A stretch of 64,000 nt of DNA. Origin: a virus. The notes below the pieces were generated by a model. It worked only from the letters and a program-made list of their open reading frames with translations. It was not told where the DNA came from and did not search any database. Positions 9,432 through 17,872 of the stretch are shown here, piece after piece. The position numbers were made by a program, and so were the translations under genes. The DNA is taken from IMG/VR virus record IMGVR_UViG_3300030430_005376, positions 32,001 to 96,000 of that record, one strand, 5' to 3'. Position 1 is the first letter of the stretch. Every line of letters begins with the position of its first letter.

Positions 9432-10334
9432 TTATACTCCTATTATTTCTTTTAATTCACTATAAAAATCAATGTTTTTGTTTTCAGAAATATGCTTGTT
9501 GTAACTTTTGATAGGTACTTTGACTTGTATTCCGTGATCAGCATACTCGATGGCATGCTTCGGTGAGTCATCAACTGCAAACTTAATTGCATTTGTGTCA
9601 TAATACTCTGAGTTCATGCACCACCTAAGTTTTTCGGGTGAAAAGTCAACCCTATCAAAAGGTAATCCAGTTGTTGTTAACCAGCTGTATGTATCATAAA
9701 ATATCTTAAGATTATTTTTAGGGCGTGCTGTCAAAAGCTGAATCCAATATCCTCTTGACCTAAGATCTTCTAGAAATGTACGAGCGTCTTCTACGATAGG
9801 CAGACACCTAAAATGCCTCTCTTGAACAAAAGATTCAAAAACTTTTTCAGGGTTAATATTTCCTGATGCTTTCAATATATCTTCGACAAAGAAGTACTGT
9901 TCACTTTCAACGTCAGCTTCAATGTCATAAACTCTGCTTAAAAACTCTGCGAAAGGAGTTCTAAATTCTGCAAGAACGTCGTCAATGTCAACTATTGCTA
10001 CTGGCTGTCCTGACCACTTTCTTGTATTGATCTTATGATCAAGCTCTAAATAAGTGTCCTTTAAACTAAATGCTAACGACACATCTTCAGGCGCTATTTC
10101 CCACAAGTTTAGCATTGACATAACATAGCGAAGAACGTCAATTGATGAATAGACTAAGTCATCCTCATCAGGCACGCCACTATCAACACGCATTTTTTCA
10201 ATCATCTTATTAATTGAATTATAAGCGTTCAAAGCTAAATCTTTACTAACTTCTCTTTTTTGACTAGTTTCAAGCTTTCCAAACTTTGCCTCGTTGTAGT
10301 TAGCTTGAAACCTCATCATTTCTATGAAATTCAC
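9432..10334 (-). CDS. degenerate all-alpha NTP-pyrophosphatase-like domain fused to a HAD 5'(3')-deoxyribonucleotidase
   Basis: C-terminal HAD motifs VDIDDV, LTARP, K, AVDDSP; N-terminal helical domain resembles the adjacent pyrophosphatase. Confidence 0.7.
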   Translation of the reverse strand: MNFIEMMRFQANYNEAKFGKLETSQKREVSKDLALNAYNSINKMIEKMRVDSGVPDEDDLVYSSIDVLRYVMSMLNLWEIAPEDVSLAFSLKDTYLELDHKINTRKWSGQPVAIVDIDDVLAEFRTPFAEFLSRVYDIEADVESEQYFFVEDILKASGNINPEKVFESFVQERHFRCLPIVEDARTFLEDLRSRGYWIQLLTARPKNNLKIFYDTYSWLTTTGLPFDRVDFSPEKLRWCMNSEYYDTNAIKFAVDDSPKHAIEYADHGIQVKVPIKSYNKHISENKNIDFYSELKEIIGV

Positions 10335-10711
10335 TAATAACCTTCCTTCAACCTATTCATTATGATCTCATGCTTCCTAACATAAGATTCATAAAGATCG
10401 TCCTCATTAAAACCTGATGCGATGAGAAGAGAGAAAAAATAATTTAATGCATCAACTATTTCTTCTAAGAACTCTTCTCTATCAGGCCCTTCGTTAAACT
10501 CAGTCATTCTGTGTGGCTTCCAATTTTTCAAGTGCTGAAGCGCTTCAAACATTTCTTCAACACCTCTCAAGGCCAAATCTCTACAGAATTGTTGAGAATT
10601 TTTCTTACTTAGATTAAGTGGCAAATCTGGATAAGATCCAGGTCGAGCTTCTCTCATTTCAGAGATAAACTCATTTCTAAGTTTAAACATTTTTTGCAGG
10701 TTGCAATTCAT
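10334..10711 (-). CDS. all-alpha dNTP pyrophosphatase (dUTPase_2 / dCTPase / MazG-like)
   Basis: EEMFEAL, NWKPH, EEIVDALNY (EExxE ... ExxD metal motifs). Confidence 0.8.
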   Translation of the reverse strand: MNCNLQKMFKLRNEFISEMREARPGSYPDLPLNLSKKNSQQFCRDLALRGVEEMFEALQHLKNWKPHRMTEFNEGPDREEFLEEIVDALNYFFSLLIASGFNEDDLYESYVRKHEIIMNRLKEGY

Positions 10712-10716
10712 GTGTT

Positions 10717-10935
10717 CTAGCTCTCTGCAGACTCACTCTGCATTCTTACAGCTTCTTGAATCATTCGTTGAATGTTATCGTCACTCTGAGACTCGTAATC
10801 TGGATCTAAGAATAGCTGACCTTCGGTTTCTACCAAAGTCATCATTCTCATGTGGTCAACCACATCTGTTCCTGTTAACATTGCAAGCTGCACTAACTGT
10901 GCGATGTGAGCAATAGTTGCGTCGCTAAGTTTCAT
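10717..10935 (-). CDS. hypothetical protein
   Basis: SD GGAG upstream; in operon. Confidence 0.7.
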   Translation of the reverse strand: MKLSDATIAHIAQLVQLAMLTGTDVVDHMRMMTLVETEGQLFLDPDYESQSDDNIQRMIQEAVRMQSESAES

Positions 10936-10944
10936 TGTTTTCTC

Positions 10945-11775
10945 CTATTTTTGAATTTCTGGTACCCAATGTGTTGTTCTGCCATCAGGAGTTTTAGTTT
11001 TAACTACATTATTATTATAAGGGTCAAGCTTTTGATTGTACACTAAAAACTTGCTTGAATACGTACCTTTTGACCCATCAGCTCCGTAGAAGCTTTTGAT
11101 GGTAGCTCCTCCGTTTTGAAAAGAAGTTCTAATGACTGATTGAATATTATCTCTCAGTGAAATTACTTCTTCGTCTGTGAGACTGTTAACAGTTCTGAGG
11201 GGTGAAACTTTTGAAAGCCAGAGGACTTCAGCCTTGATATAATTACCTACCCCTGCGACAGTCTTTTGATTCATTAATGCCTCGCAAATGGTCTTTTCAC
11301 CTCTTTTGTTTTTCTTAAAAAGTCGATTCTTAAATACATCTATGTGTATATCATGTGTAAGGGGATCAGGACCTAACTGCAGTAGCTTTTCTTGCGTTTC
11401 TTCAAAAGTCATGGCAAACTTTAGAGTACCAAAGTTTCTAGTATCTGTGTACCAAATTGAAGAGCCGTCTTCAAAATCAAACCTTACACGAGAATGTTTT
11501 TTCTCACTGTAAGACCAGTATCCTGACATTCCTAATGTGTTCCACACAAAACACTGTATTTCAGATCCACCTGGACCGAAACCGCCATAAATAAATTTAC
11601 CTTTTGATCCCCAGCCAGCGCAGTTTATGGGAAGCATAGATTTAAAGCAGTCTAATCCTTGAGGCGGCTTTTTAGTGTATCTTCCTGACAAAACCTCAAC
11701 ATTAGTTAAAATTTTATCGCTCATAAAACTGTTAATTGACTGTGCAGTAGCTGCGCACTCAGGTCCTTCTGGCAT
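10945..11775 (-). CDS. Fpg/Nei-family DNA glycosylase, Nei-like with zincless finger
   Basis: N-terminal MPEGPE (catalytic Pro; start at second ATG), LGMSG, DTRNFG, H2TH LMNQKTVAGVGNYIKAEVLW, C-terminal DPYNNNV...GRTTHWVPEIQ with no Cys. Confidence 0.9.
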   Translation of the reverse strand: MPEGPECAATAQSINSFMSDKILTNVEVLSGRYTKKPPQGLDCFKSMLPINCAGWGSKGKFIYGGFGPGGSEIQCFVWNTLGMSGYWSYSEKKHSRVRFDFEDGSSIWYTDTRNFGTLKFAMTFEETQEKLLQLGPDPLTHDIHIDVFKNRLFKKNKRGEKTICEALMNQKTVAGVGNYIKAEVLWLSKVSPLRTVNSLTDEEVISLRDNIQSVIRTSFQNGGATIKSFYGADGSKGTYSSKFLVYNQKLDPYNNNVVKTKTPDGRTTHWVPEIQK

Positions 11776-12178
11776 CTTCAAACTCCTTTAACCAGTTGTG
11801 ATAGTTTACTAAAGCTCCGTCTTTTGGTTCTACTTTTTTCCATTCCGGAGTACAAAAAATCTTGTAAGCATCTGATCCGTACTTCCCAATTCCGTAGAGC
11901 TTTGTTGGATCATCTTGCCACTCTTTTGATAGGTAATCTTTTGACATTCTGACAAGTGCTTTTGCTCGGCGCTTAGACAGGCCGAGAGGTTGTATGACTG
12001 CAGCTACTTCAGATTCGCTAGCACATGCTAAGTCTACTGGTTGGGGCCACAAGTTTAAAACTTGTCTAAAATAAGGTTCCGCTGACACTCTTTTTGTCAA
12101 GTTGCAGAATATACAGCAAACAAAAATCTTCCATGGGTCATAGTTTATTTCTTCTTGCAAAAGCCCGTAAGGAGACAT
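11759..12178 (-). CDS. MBD4-like HhH DNA glycosylase (G:T/G:U mismatch type)
   Basis: LLQEEINYDPWKIFVCCIFCNLT, LGL..RRA, LYGIGKYGSDAYKIF, YHNWL match the MBD4 glycosylase domain pattern. Confidence 0.85.
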   Translation of the reverse strand: MSPYGLLQEEINYDPWKIFVCCIFCNLTKRVSAEPYFRQVLNLWPQPVDLACASESEVAAVIQPLGLSKRRAKALVRMSKDYLSKEWQDDPTKLYGIGKYGSDAYKIFCTPEWKKVEPKDGALVNYHNWLKEFEDARRT

Positions 12179-12195
12179 AGCTAACCTCGTTAAGG

Positions 12196-12930
12196 TTATT
12201 TTACTCTTTTCCTTATGTGATTTACAGGTCTTGTGCCTAATTTTCTCTTAATTCTTTTTACTCTTTCAAATGTTTCTTTTATATCTTCGTCTTTAAAAAC
12301 ATAACCCAGAGAAGTCAAGTAATTCTTTAGCACAACATGTTTACTTTCTTCCGGTACAGTCTGCCATTGATATGCAATGCTATTTTTTCTACTACTAAGC
12401 ATTTCATTCATTTTTTTATTTTTTGGCTTGATTAGCTCAGAAACTTTATTTTCAGGAAGCTCAATATCTAGTTCAAAGCCCACAAAAAGTAAATTTTCAT
12501 AAGAGCCTTCAGTAAAACTATCTACGGCTAGATTGTAGTATTTATTGAATTTTTTAACGAGCAGGGGTACGTTAAAATTTTGAGTCTTGTCTGGGTGTGT
12601 GGAAAACACTATCTTTCTATAGAGATGCTTTGCCCAAGCCTCAGGTTTTAAATTTTTTTCTGAAGTGCTTACTGTGTCTTGTTGCTCGTCAAAGTTAGTA
12701 ACAGGACTATCATCACTCATCTTTTTTTCTATGTCTTTGTCACCAAAAAATTGTTCGTTGAAGTTTTCTCGCTGACCATCAACTTCTTCAGATAAGTGCT
12801 CTCTAAAATTTGTGACGTGCGCAAGTAAATCTGCTTGACCTTTTTGGAATAAACTTTCGACAATTTCAAGCTCTTCAAAATAAAGCTTATACTGAAGTAT
12901 TTCAATCTTTTCTTCAGGCTTGATTGCCAT
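12196..12930 (-). CDS. J-domain-containing protein
   Basis: KHLYRKIVFSTHPDK (HPD motif). Confidence 0.65.
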   Translation of the reverse strand: MAIKPEEKIEILQYKLYFEELEIVESLFQKGQADLLAHVTNFREHLSEEVDGQRENFNEQFFGDKDIEKKMSDDSPVTNFDEQQDTVSTSEKNLKPEAWAKHLYRKIVFSTHPDKTQNFNVPLLVKKFNKYYNLAVDSFTEGSYENLLFVGFELDIELPENKVSELIKPKNKKMNEMLSSRKNSIAYQWQTVPEESKHVVLKNYLTSLGYVFKDEDIKETFERVKRIKRKLGTRPVNHIRKRVK

Positions 12931-12935
12931 TTTTC

Positions 12936-13160
12936 CTACTTAAAAATTTCGATAGGCCAAAGTATGTATCGAAGAGGATTTTTACGCTTCTTGCACTTTG
13001 TTAACAATTCTCTCTGATTTTTTACATGCTTAGAAGACTCAATCACTTCAACTGCTATTTTTTTTAATGAACTTTCAACGTACCACACGATTACACCAAG
13101 TGATAAGTAAGAAAATCCTGCAACTATTAATAAATTAATTAAGACTTGCTCTGGTATCAT
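12936..13160 (-). CDS. small membrane protein
   Basis: N-terminal hydrophobic helix; C-terminal ILWPI. Confidence 0.6.
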   Translation of the reverse strand: MIPEQVLINLLIVAGFSYLSLGVIVWYVESSLKKIAVEVIESSKHVKNQRELLTKCKKRKNPLRYILWPIEIFK

Positions 13161-13654
13161 CTTGACTTCAATGCCTCTATCAATGTCAATATATCTTTGT
13201 CAGTTAACTTTGTTTTACCGTTGTCTTTCTTTTCTACAATCTTTTTGTCAGGCCTCACCTTTTCAGGCGCAGCGTTGCTACTATTACGTTTTCTTACTTT
13301 TACATTTGATAAACTTACTTGAGGTTTTAAGAGCGGTTTCTTCTTTTCTACTTTTTCAGCAACTATTGAAATGCTCTTTTCAAAATTGCCTACCATCTCA
13401 AGAGGTTTAAAAAATTTATCATCTACAATGACTTCTAAGTTCATATTGTATTCACCCTCTTTTATAACATGCCCTAAAGGTGGCAATACAACGCTAACTT
13501 CTTCACCATCGTATGGTTCTGAGTCAAAAGCTAGTGACATTCCTCTGTTTTCAAGTATAAGTCTGCACTTTGCTGTAGCTGGTCTGGTTCCTTCTATCTT
13601 TAAAGCAAAAGTTAGCTCATTTTCTTCGTCTAATAAGAGATCAATGTTTGACAT
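13157..13654 (-). CDS. hypothetical protein
   Basis: Overlapping operon ORF. Confidence 0.7.
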   Translation of the reverse strand: MSNIDLLLDEENELTFALKIEGTRPATAKCRLILENRGMSLAFDSEPYDGEEVSVVLPPLGHVIKEGEYNMNLEVIVDDKFFKPLEMVGNFEKSISIVAEKVEKKKPLLKPQVSLSNVKVRKRNSSNAAPEKVRPDKKIVEKKDNGKTKLTDKDILTLIEALKSR

Positions 13655-14003
13655 TTTTCTTGTTCCTTACCTTAATGTTTTCGACAACAACTCTCACATC
13701 TTTAGGTTTTCTGTGTTCTACAGATTTTGGTGTGATTTCTTTAATAACTATCTCGTTCTTGACGAAAGTTTTTCTTATATTTCTTGCAATTGGCTTCAAA
13801 AGGTCTTTGTTGTTGTGAGATATTAACATGGCACTTATCTTAAAGTTTTCAACTAAATCTTTTGCCGCTCTAGAAGCAGCACTTCGACCACCTCTAAAAA
13901 TTCTTATGGCTTCTACAGCAGCTGCAGGAATAAACCCTCTAGCAATTAAGTGAGTCGGTGTTGCTCCCGGGCCGAGACCTCTTGTAACTGTAAAACCAGG
14001 CAT
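13641..14003 (-). CDS. hypothetical protein
   Basis: Coupled to the upstream ORF by stop/start overlap. Confidence 0.7.
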   Translation of the reverse strand: MPGFTVTRGLGPGATPTHLIARGFIPAAAVEAIRIFRGGRSAASRAAKDLVENFKISAMLISHNNKDLLKPIARNIRKTFVKNEIVIKEITPKSVEHRKPKDVRVVVENIKVRNKKNVKH

Positions 14004-14434
14004 CAGACGCTACCAGTGCCGACTAGGCGCCTCTCAAAAAGTTCTGTTATAGACGAATTTCCATTTCTATCAAAAAGATCGTATCTAGCAATTTCTGTTG
14101 CGTTATCATCTTGGAAAAATATCATTTGATTTGTATTTTCATCTACTTGCCAACGGCCTGTATGTATGTATCTCGCCATTTTTTGATCAATTTTGACTTC
14201 TTCAGTTGCAAACACGTTGTTATTTCCGTCAACAGACCACACGATTGAACCGCTAAACTGTGTTGATAAATCAAGCTGGACGCCATACAGACCTGTACTG
14301 CTTCCAAGCTCATAAATTCCTGTGTTCGAGGCAGTAGTCACAGAAGCGCCTAAAGTATCGTATAGACGATACCTAATGCTTCCTGATATTCCTCCCAGGC
14401 TCCTTCCCAAGTTTGCTGTTTGAAGGACTTTCAC
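14003..14434 (-). CDS. hypothetical, possibly virion-associated protein
   Basis: Beta-rich, G/S/T-rich composition; operon coupling. Confidence 0.65.
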   Translation of the reverse strand: MKVLQTANLGRSLGGISGSIRYRLYDTLGASVTTASNTGIYELGSSTGLYGVQLDLSTQFSGSIVWSVDGNNNVFATEEVKIDQKMARYIHTGRWQVDENTNQMIFFQDDNATEIARYDLFDRNGNSSITELFERRLVGTGSV

Positions 14435-14904
14435 TCTTCACCTTCTGCATTAATTTCTTCTTCAACAAACACTGCAGCTTCTTCTCTTTTTTCTTTTACA
14501 GTTTTTGGTCTTTCACCAATTTTTCTAATGTCTCTCTTTTCTCTCTCGACTGCGCCATCTTTTTCTGCGTTTATTTTTTCTTCTGCGACCTCTCTTTCTC
14601 TATTGTTTTTAGAGATCATTGCCTCAAGAAGTTCTACTCTAGATTCTGCTTTTATCTTTTCTGTTTTGTAAGTTTCTTTAGTTGAGCTTACGGCTGTAAG
14701 AATTCTTTCTGAGAAACTTTCAAGGTATTTTGACAAAGCTTCATTTTGCATCCTGTAAGCTATTATTTCAGATAAACAAATTTCTCTTACGTTTGCTAAG
14801 ATAGTGTTTACTAAAATATCGTCATTTAAAAGTCTACTTTTTTGACTCTCAAGTATTTCATCTAGATCTTCTTTTAGCCTTCTGTGGTATTCTAAATCTT
14901 CCAT
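14431..14904 (-). CDS. hypothetical coiled-coil protein
   Basis: E/K/R-rich; ATANTTA motif at 14922-14928 upstream. Confidence 0.65.
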   Translation of the reverse strand: MEDLEYHRRLKEDLDEILESQKSRLLNDDILVNTILANVREICLSEIIAYRMQNEALSKYLESFSERILTAVSSTKETYKTEKIKAESRVELLEAMISKNNREREVAEEKINAEKDGAVEREKRDIRKIGERPKTVKEKREEAAVFVEEEINAEGEE

Positions 14905-14960
14905 TAAATCTCCATTTTAAATAATTATAAGCTAAAAAAAGATTATGTTTACAAACAAAA

Positions 14961-14985
14961 CAGGGAGCCACTAAGTGGCTCCCTG
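14961..14985 (-). terminator. intrinsic terminator (11-bp stem CAGGGAGCCAC/GTGGCTCCCTG plus U-tract)
   Basis: Perfect inverted repeat after 15026..17509. Confidence 0.85.
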
Positions 14986-15025
14986 CAGAATCAAAGCTTA
15001 AGCTTTTATTCTATGATAGCTAGGA

Positions 15026-17509
15026 TTAGCTACCTCTAAGGATTACTGTGACAACGTCATCAACTTCAAGATCAAACTCAAACTTGAGATCACCTGCTCC
15101 AGTGCCTGGGTAGAAGTCCATGTTTGCGCTTGCATCAGCACCCCTTGCAAGAAGCTGACCGTTGACGAAGACTTCAAGTCGACTTTCTGCTGCAGTTTTT
15201 ACACCAGAGACGCCTGTGGCGAAGTCAGAGTTGGCAGCTACTGCAGCTGAGACGACTGTGACGTTCTTCGTAGCAGCCTGAGCGCTTGCGATGTAGGTCT
15301 TGAGGTCGCTCGCTGGAATCTTCTTGGTTGTTCCACCGTCGTCGACGATGAAACCGTCGCCGTCAGCAAGAGTGATTGAAGAACCAACAGCGACGCCGCC
15401 GTCAAGCAAGCTGAGCTCTGTAGCAGTTGCGCTAACAACAGTACCACCGAGGAAAAGACCGTTTGTACCATCGTGTGCAACAATGTCAACGTTTCTGCTT
15501 GAATCCAGTGCCATTGATATCGTAGTACCATGAGTTGCTCCGACACCAAACTCAAGTGTGTCAGACCCGTCATCGAGACCGATACGATAATCTTGAGCGT
15601 TGCCATCAAAGACCAGCAAGGTGTCTTCAGCATCAGCGTCACCGATAACCAGCTTTGGAGTTGTTCCACCAAGAACCATACCGGCTGCTGGAAGAGCGAA
15701 ACGAAGTTGATCTGTGCCATCTTCGTCGTACTCGATTGAAGCATCACCTGCTGCACCAAACTCAAGCTTAGTATCATCGCTGAATCTTAAACTTGCGCCG
15801 GCGTAGAGAAGTGTATCTGAGCTTGCTTCATCATACTTGAACGTGGCATCGTTATTGGTACCAAATGTCAAACCGATGTCGTCAACTATCTTCACACCGG
15901 CTGAGGCCATGCTCACGATATCAGAACCACCTACTTCAAACGAAATAACATCATCAGAGGGTGAGCGAATTGATGTGTCGGCGTCTTCATCGAGATCGAT
16001 ACGACCCTGACCGTTGAGATCAACGTCATCGACAAAGATCTTGCTGAAGGCTAGCCCATCTTCACCGAGGCTAACAGTGCTGTCGGCGTTAGGCTTAACA
16101 GATCCGCCGCCAGGACGAAGTTCGAGGTCTGCGTTTGCTCTAACGATAAGGTCAGTATCAACAGCGATTCTATCGTTTGAGTTGCTACCAACTTCAAGTC
16201 TTCCGAGACGAAGTCTTGAGTAAGCTTCAACTGCAGCAAATGAACCAGAAGTCGGGCCGGTTAATGTTTCTGCAAGGTTGAAACGTGTACCATCGAAGAA
16301 CAGTGCGCTTGTTGCTGAACCAGCAGCGCCGCGCGGGAAGAGAATACCTCTATCACCTGTGGCACTGTAAGCACCAGAACCTGACACACCGAGAGCGATG
16401 ATTGAGTCCTGGACTGTTAAGTTAACAGTGTCAATTGTTGTTGTCGAACCATTAACGTCGAGGTTACCAGCAACAGTAAGGTTTCTACCGACTGTGACAT
16501 CTAAAAGGCCGTCAACTACAAGTGCATCGTTACCAGAGTTGTTCTGAACAATGAATTGAGTGTCAGCTGTGTCAGCGCCAAGTGTTATCTCAACACCGTC
16601 ACCGCTGTCGGTTCCCTGTGCGTCGATTGTTACTTTGTTAGCTGCTACAATGTCGAGGTTGTTGCTTGAGTTTACAGCAAGATCTGTGCCATCACCGCTG
16701 ATGTTTTCACCTGCGTCACCGAACTGAAGTGCACGCGCGCTGTTCAAAAGAAGACCAGCATCGTGAACGTGAGTCAGAGTAACATCATCATCAGCACCAA
16801 ACTGAAGCACAACGCCGTCGTCTTCAAGATCAACAATTGGTGAGTCTAACTGGATCGATGTAGCTGCCTCAACCTCAATTACAGCGTGATCTGCAAGCTT
16901 GAGACCGGCACCTGGGTTTGAGATTTTTGAGTTAGCGTCAGCAAACTGAATTTCTCTCGTTGAGTTAAGCAAAAGACCTGTGTCATGAACGTGTGTCAGT
17001 GAAACTTCACCGTCGCCACCGAAAGAAAGAACTGCAGCATCACTGCCAAGTTTTACATCGTCTCCGACTTCAAGATCGTTAACAACTAATACGTTTTGAC
17101 TTGAATCAACTTCAATAGCTGGTGTTGTGCCAACTGCAGAACCGAGACCAATCATAAGCTTGTCTGTTCCGTCGTCAAGAGCTACGTAGTAGTCTTGTGC
17201 GTTTCCGTCAAAAACAAGTGATGTGTCTTCAGCGCCGCCGTCACCGATGGTGAGTCTAGGGGTTGAACCAGCAATGACGAGATCTTGATCGAACTGTCCT
17301 GCTACGTTTGAAGCGAAGGTGCTTGCACCTGTTATACGCTTGACTGATGATGCGATTTCAGAAAGAACACCGACCAATGAGCCTGAATTTACTTGAATTC
17401 CGGCCAGAGTTGCAGCTCCGGTTGGACGAGTATCAACAATCTTACCTTCAGCTTGTCCGAAGGACCCGGTAATCTGACCGAGTCTCAATTGTGTTTTAAA
17501 TGTAGCCAT
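15026..17509 (-). CDS. fibre-like virion structural protein with internal repeats
   Basis: G/A/D/T-rich; repeated THVHDxGLLLNS and VFDGNAQDY modules; own late-like motif (17595-17601) and terminator. Confidence 0.7.
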   Translation of the reverse strand: MATFKTQLRLGQITGSFGQAEGKIVDTRPTGAATLAGIQVNSGSLVGVLSEIASSVKRITGASTFASNVAGQFDQDLVIAGSTPRLTIGDGGAEDTSLVFDGNAQDYYVALDDGTDKLMIGLGSAVGTTPAIEVDSSQNVLVVNDLEVGDDVKLGSDAAVLSFGGDGEVSLTHVHDTGLLLNSTREIQFADANSKISNPGAGLKLADHAVIEVEAATSIQLDSPIVDLEDDGVVLQFGADDDVTLTHVHDAGLLLNSARALQFGDAGENISGDGTDLAVNSSNNLDIVAANKVTIDAQGTDSGDGVEITLGADTADTQFIVQNNSGNDALVVDGLLDVTVGRNLTVAGNLDVNGSTTTIDTVNLTVQDSIIALGVSGSGAYSATGDRGILFPRGAAGSATSALFFDGTRFNLAETLTGPTSGSFAAVEAYSRLRLGRLEVGSNSNDRIAVDTDLIVRANADLELRPGGGSVKPNADSTVSLGEDGLAFSKIFVDDVDLNGQGRIDLDEDADTSIRSPSDDVISFEVGGSDIVSMASAGVKIVDDIGLTFGTNNDATFKYDEASSDTLLYAGASLRFSDDTKLEFGAAGDASIEYDEDGTDQLRFALPAAGMVLGGTTPKLVIGDADAEDTLLVFDGNAQDYRIGLDDGSDTLEFGVGATHGTTISMALDSSRNVDIVAHDGTNGLFLGGTVVSATATELSLLDGGVAVGSSITLADGDGFIVDDGGTTKKIPASDLKTYIASAQAATKNVTVVSAAVAANSDFATGVSGVKTAAESRLEVFVNGQLLARGADASANMDFYPGTGAGDLKFEFDLEVDDVVTVILRGS

Positions 17510-17616
17510 TTTATCTACTCCTAAAGTTATTGTTTTATAGCTTTACGTAACTTTAACTAGTGGACTTTACTATGGACTTAAACTGTAACGCTTCTAAATA
17601 TCTTGCTAAACTTGAT

Positions 17617-17871
17617 TTAACTCTTATAAATAATATTTTTTAGATTTTTTATGTGAGCATCAAATTTTGCGGACTCGCTATTCACGTACTCAATTGACAT
17701 TTGAAAAGCTTTTCCGTCCGGATCTTCAAATTTAAACATAAATCGGCCACCTTTCTGAACTGATGCGTCAGAAAGCTTAAGACCCCGCATCATTAAATAT
17801 GCGGCAATAGCCAAGTCAGATGTTTGGAAGTAGTTCACATTATAATTATTTTGTCGCTTTCGATAGTTCAT
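17617..17871 (-). CDS. small conserved protein (DUF5659-like)
   Basis: FQTSDLAIAAYL..RGLKL...FMFKFED pattern. Confidence 0.55.
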   Translation of the reverse strand: MNYRKRQNNYNVNYFQTSDLAIAAYLMMRGLKLSDASVQKGGRFMFKFEDPDGKAFQMSIEYVNSESAKFDAHIKNLKNIIYKS

Positions 17872-17872
17872 G

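Noticed and set aside
945-10711. 2-aminoadenine (Z) or 7-deazaguanine pathway
   Set aside because: No PurZ, DatZ, FolE/QueD/QueE/QueC or DpdA-like gene seen; GuaC looks like an ordinary GMP reductase.
14922-14955. sigma70 promoter TTGTAA...TATAAT upstream of 14904
   Set aside because: The spacer is 19 nt, unlike the 17 nt at the other sites; treated as a possible late ATANTTA motif instead.
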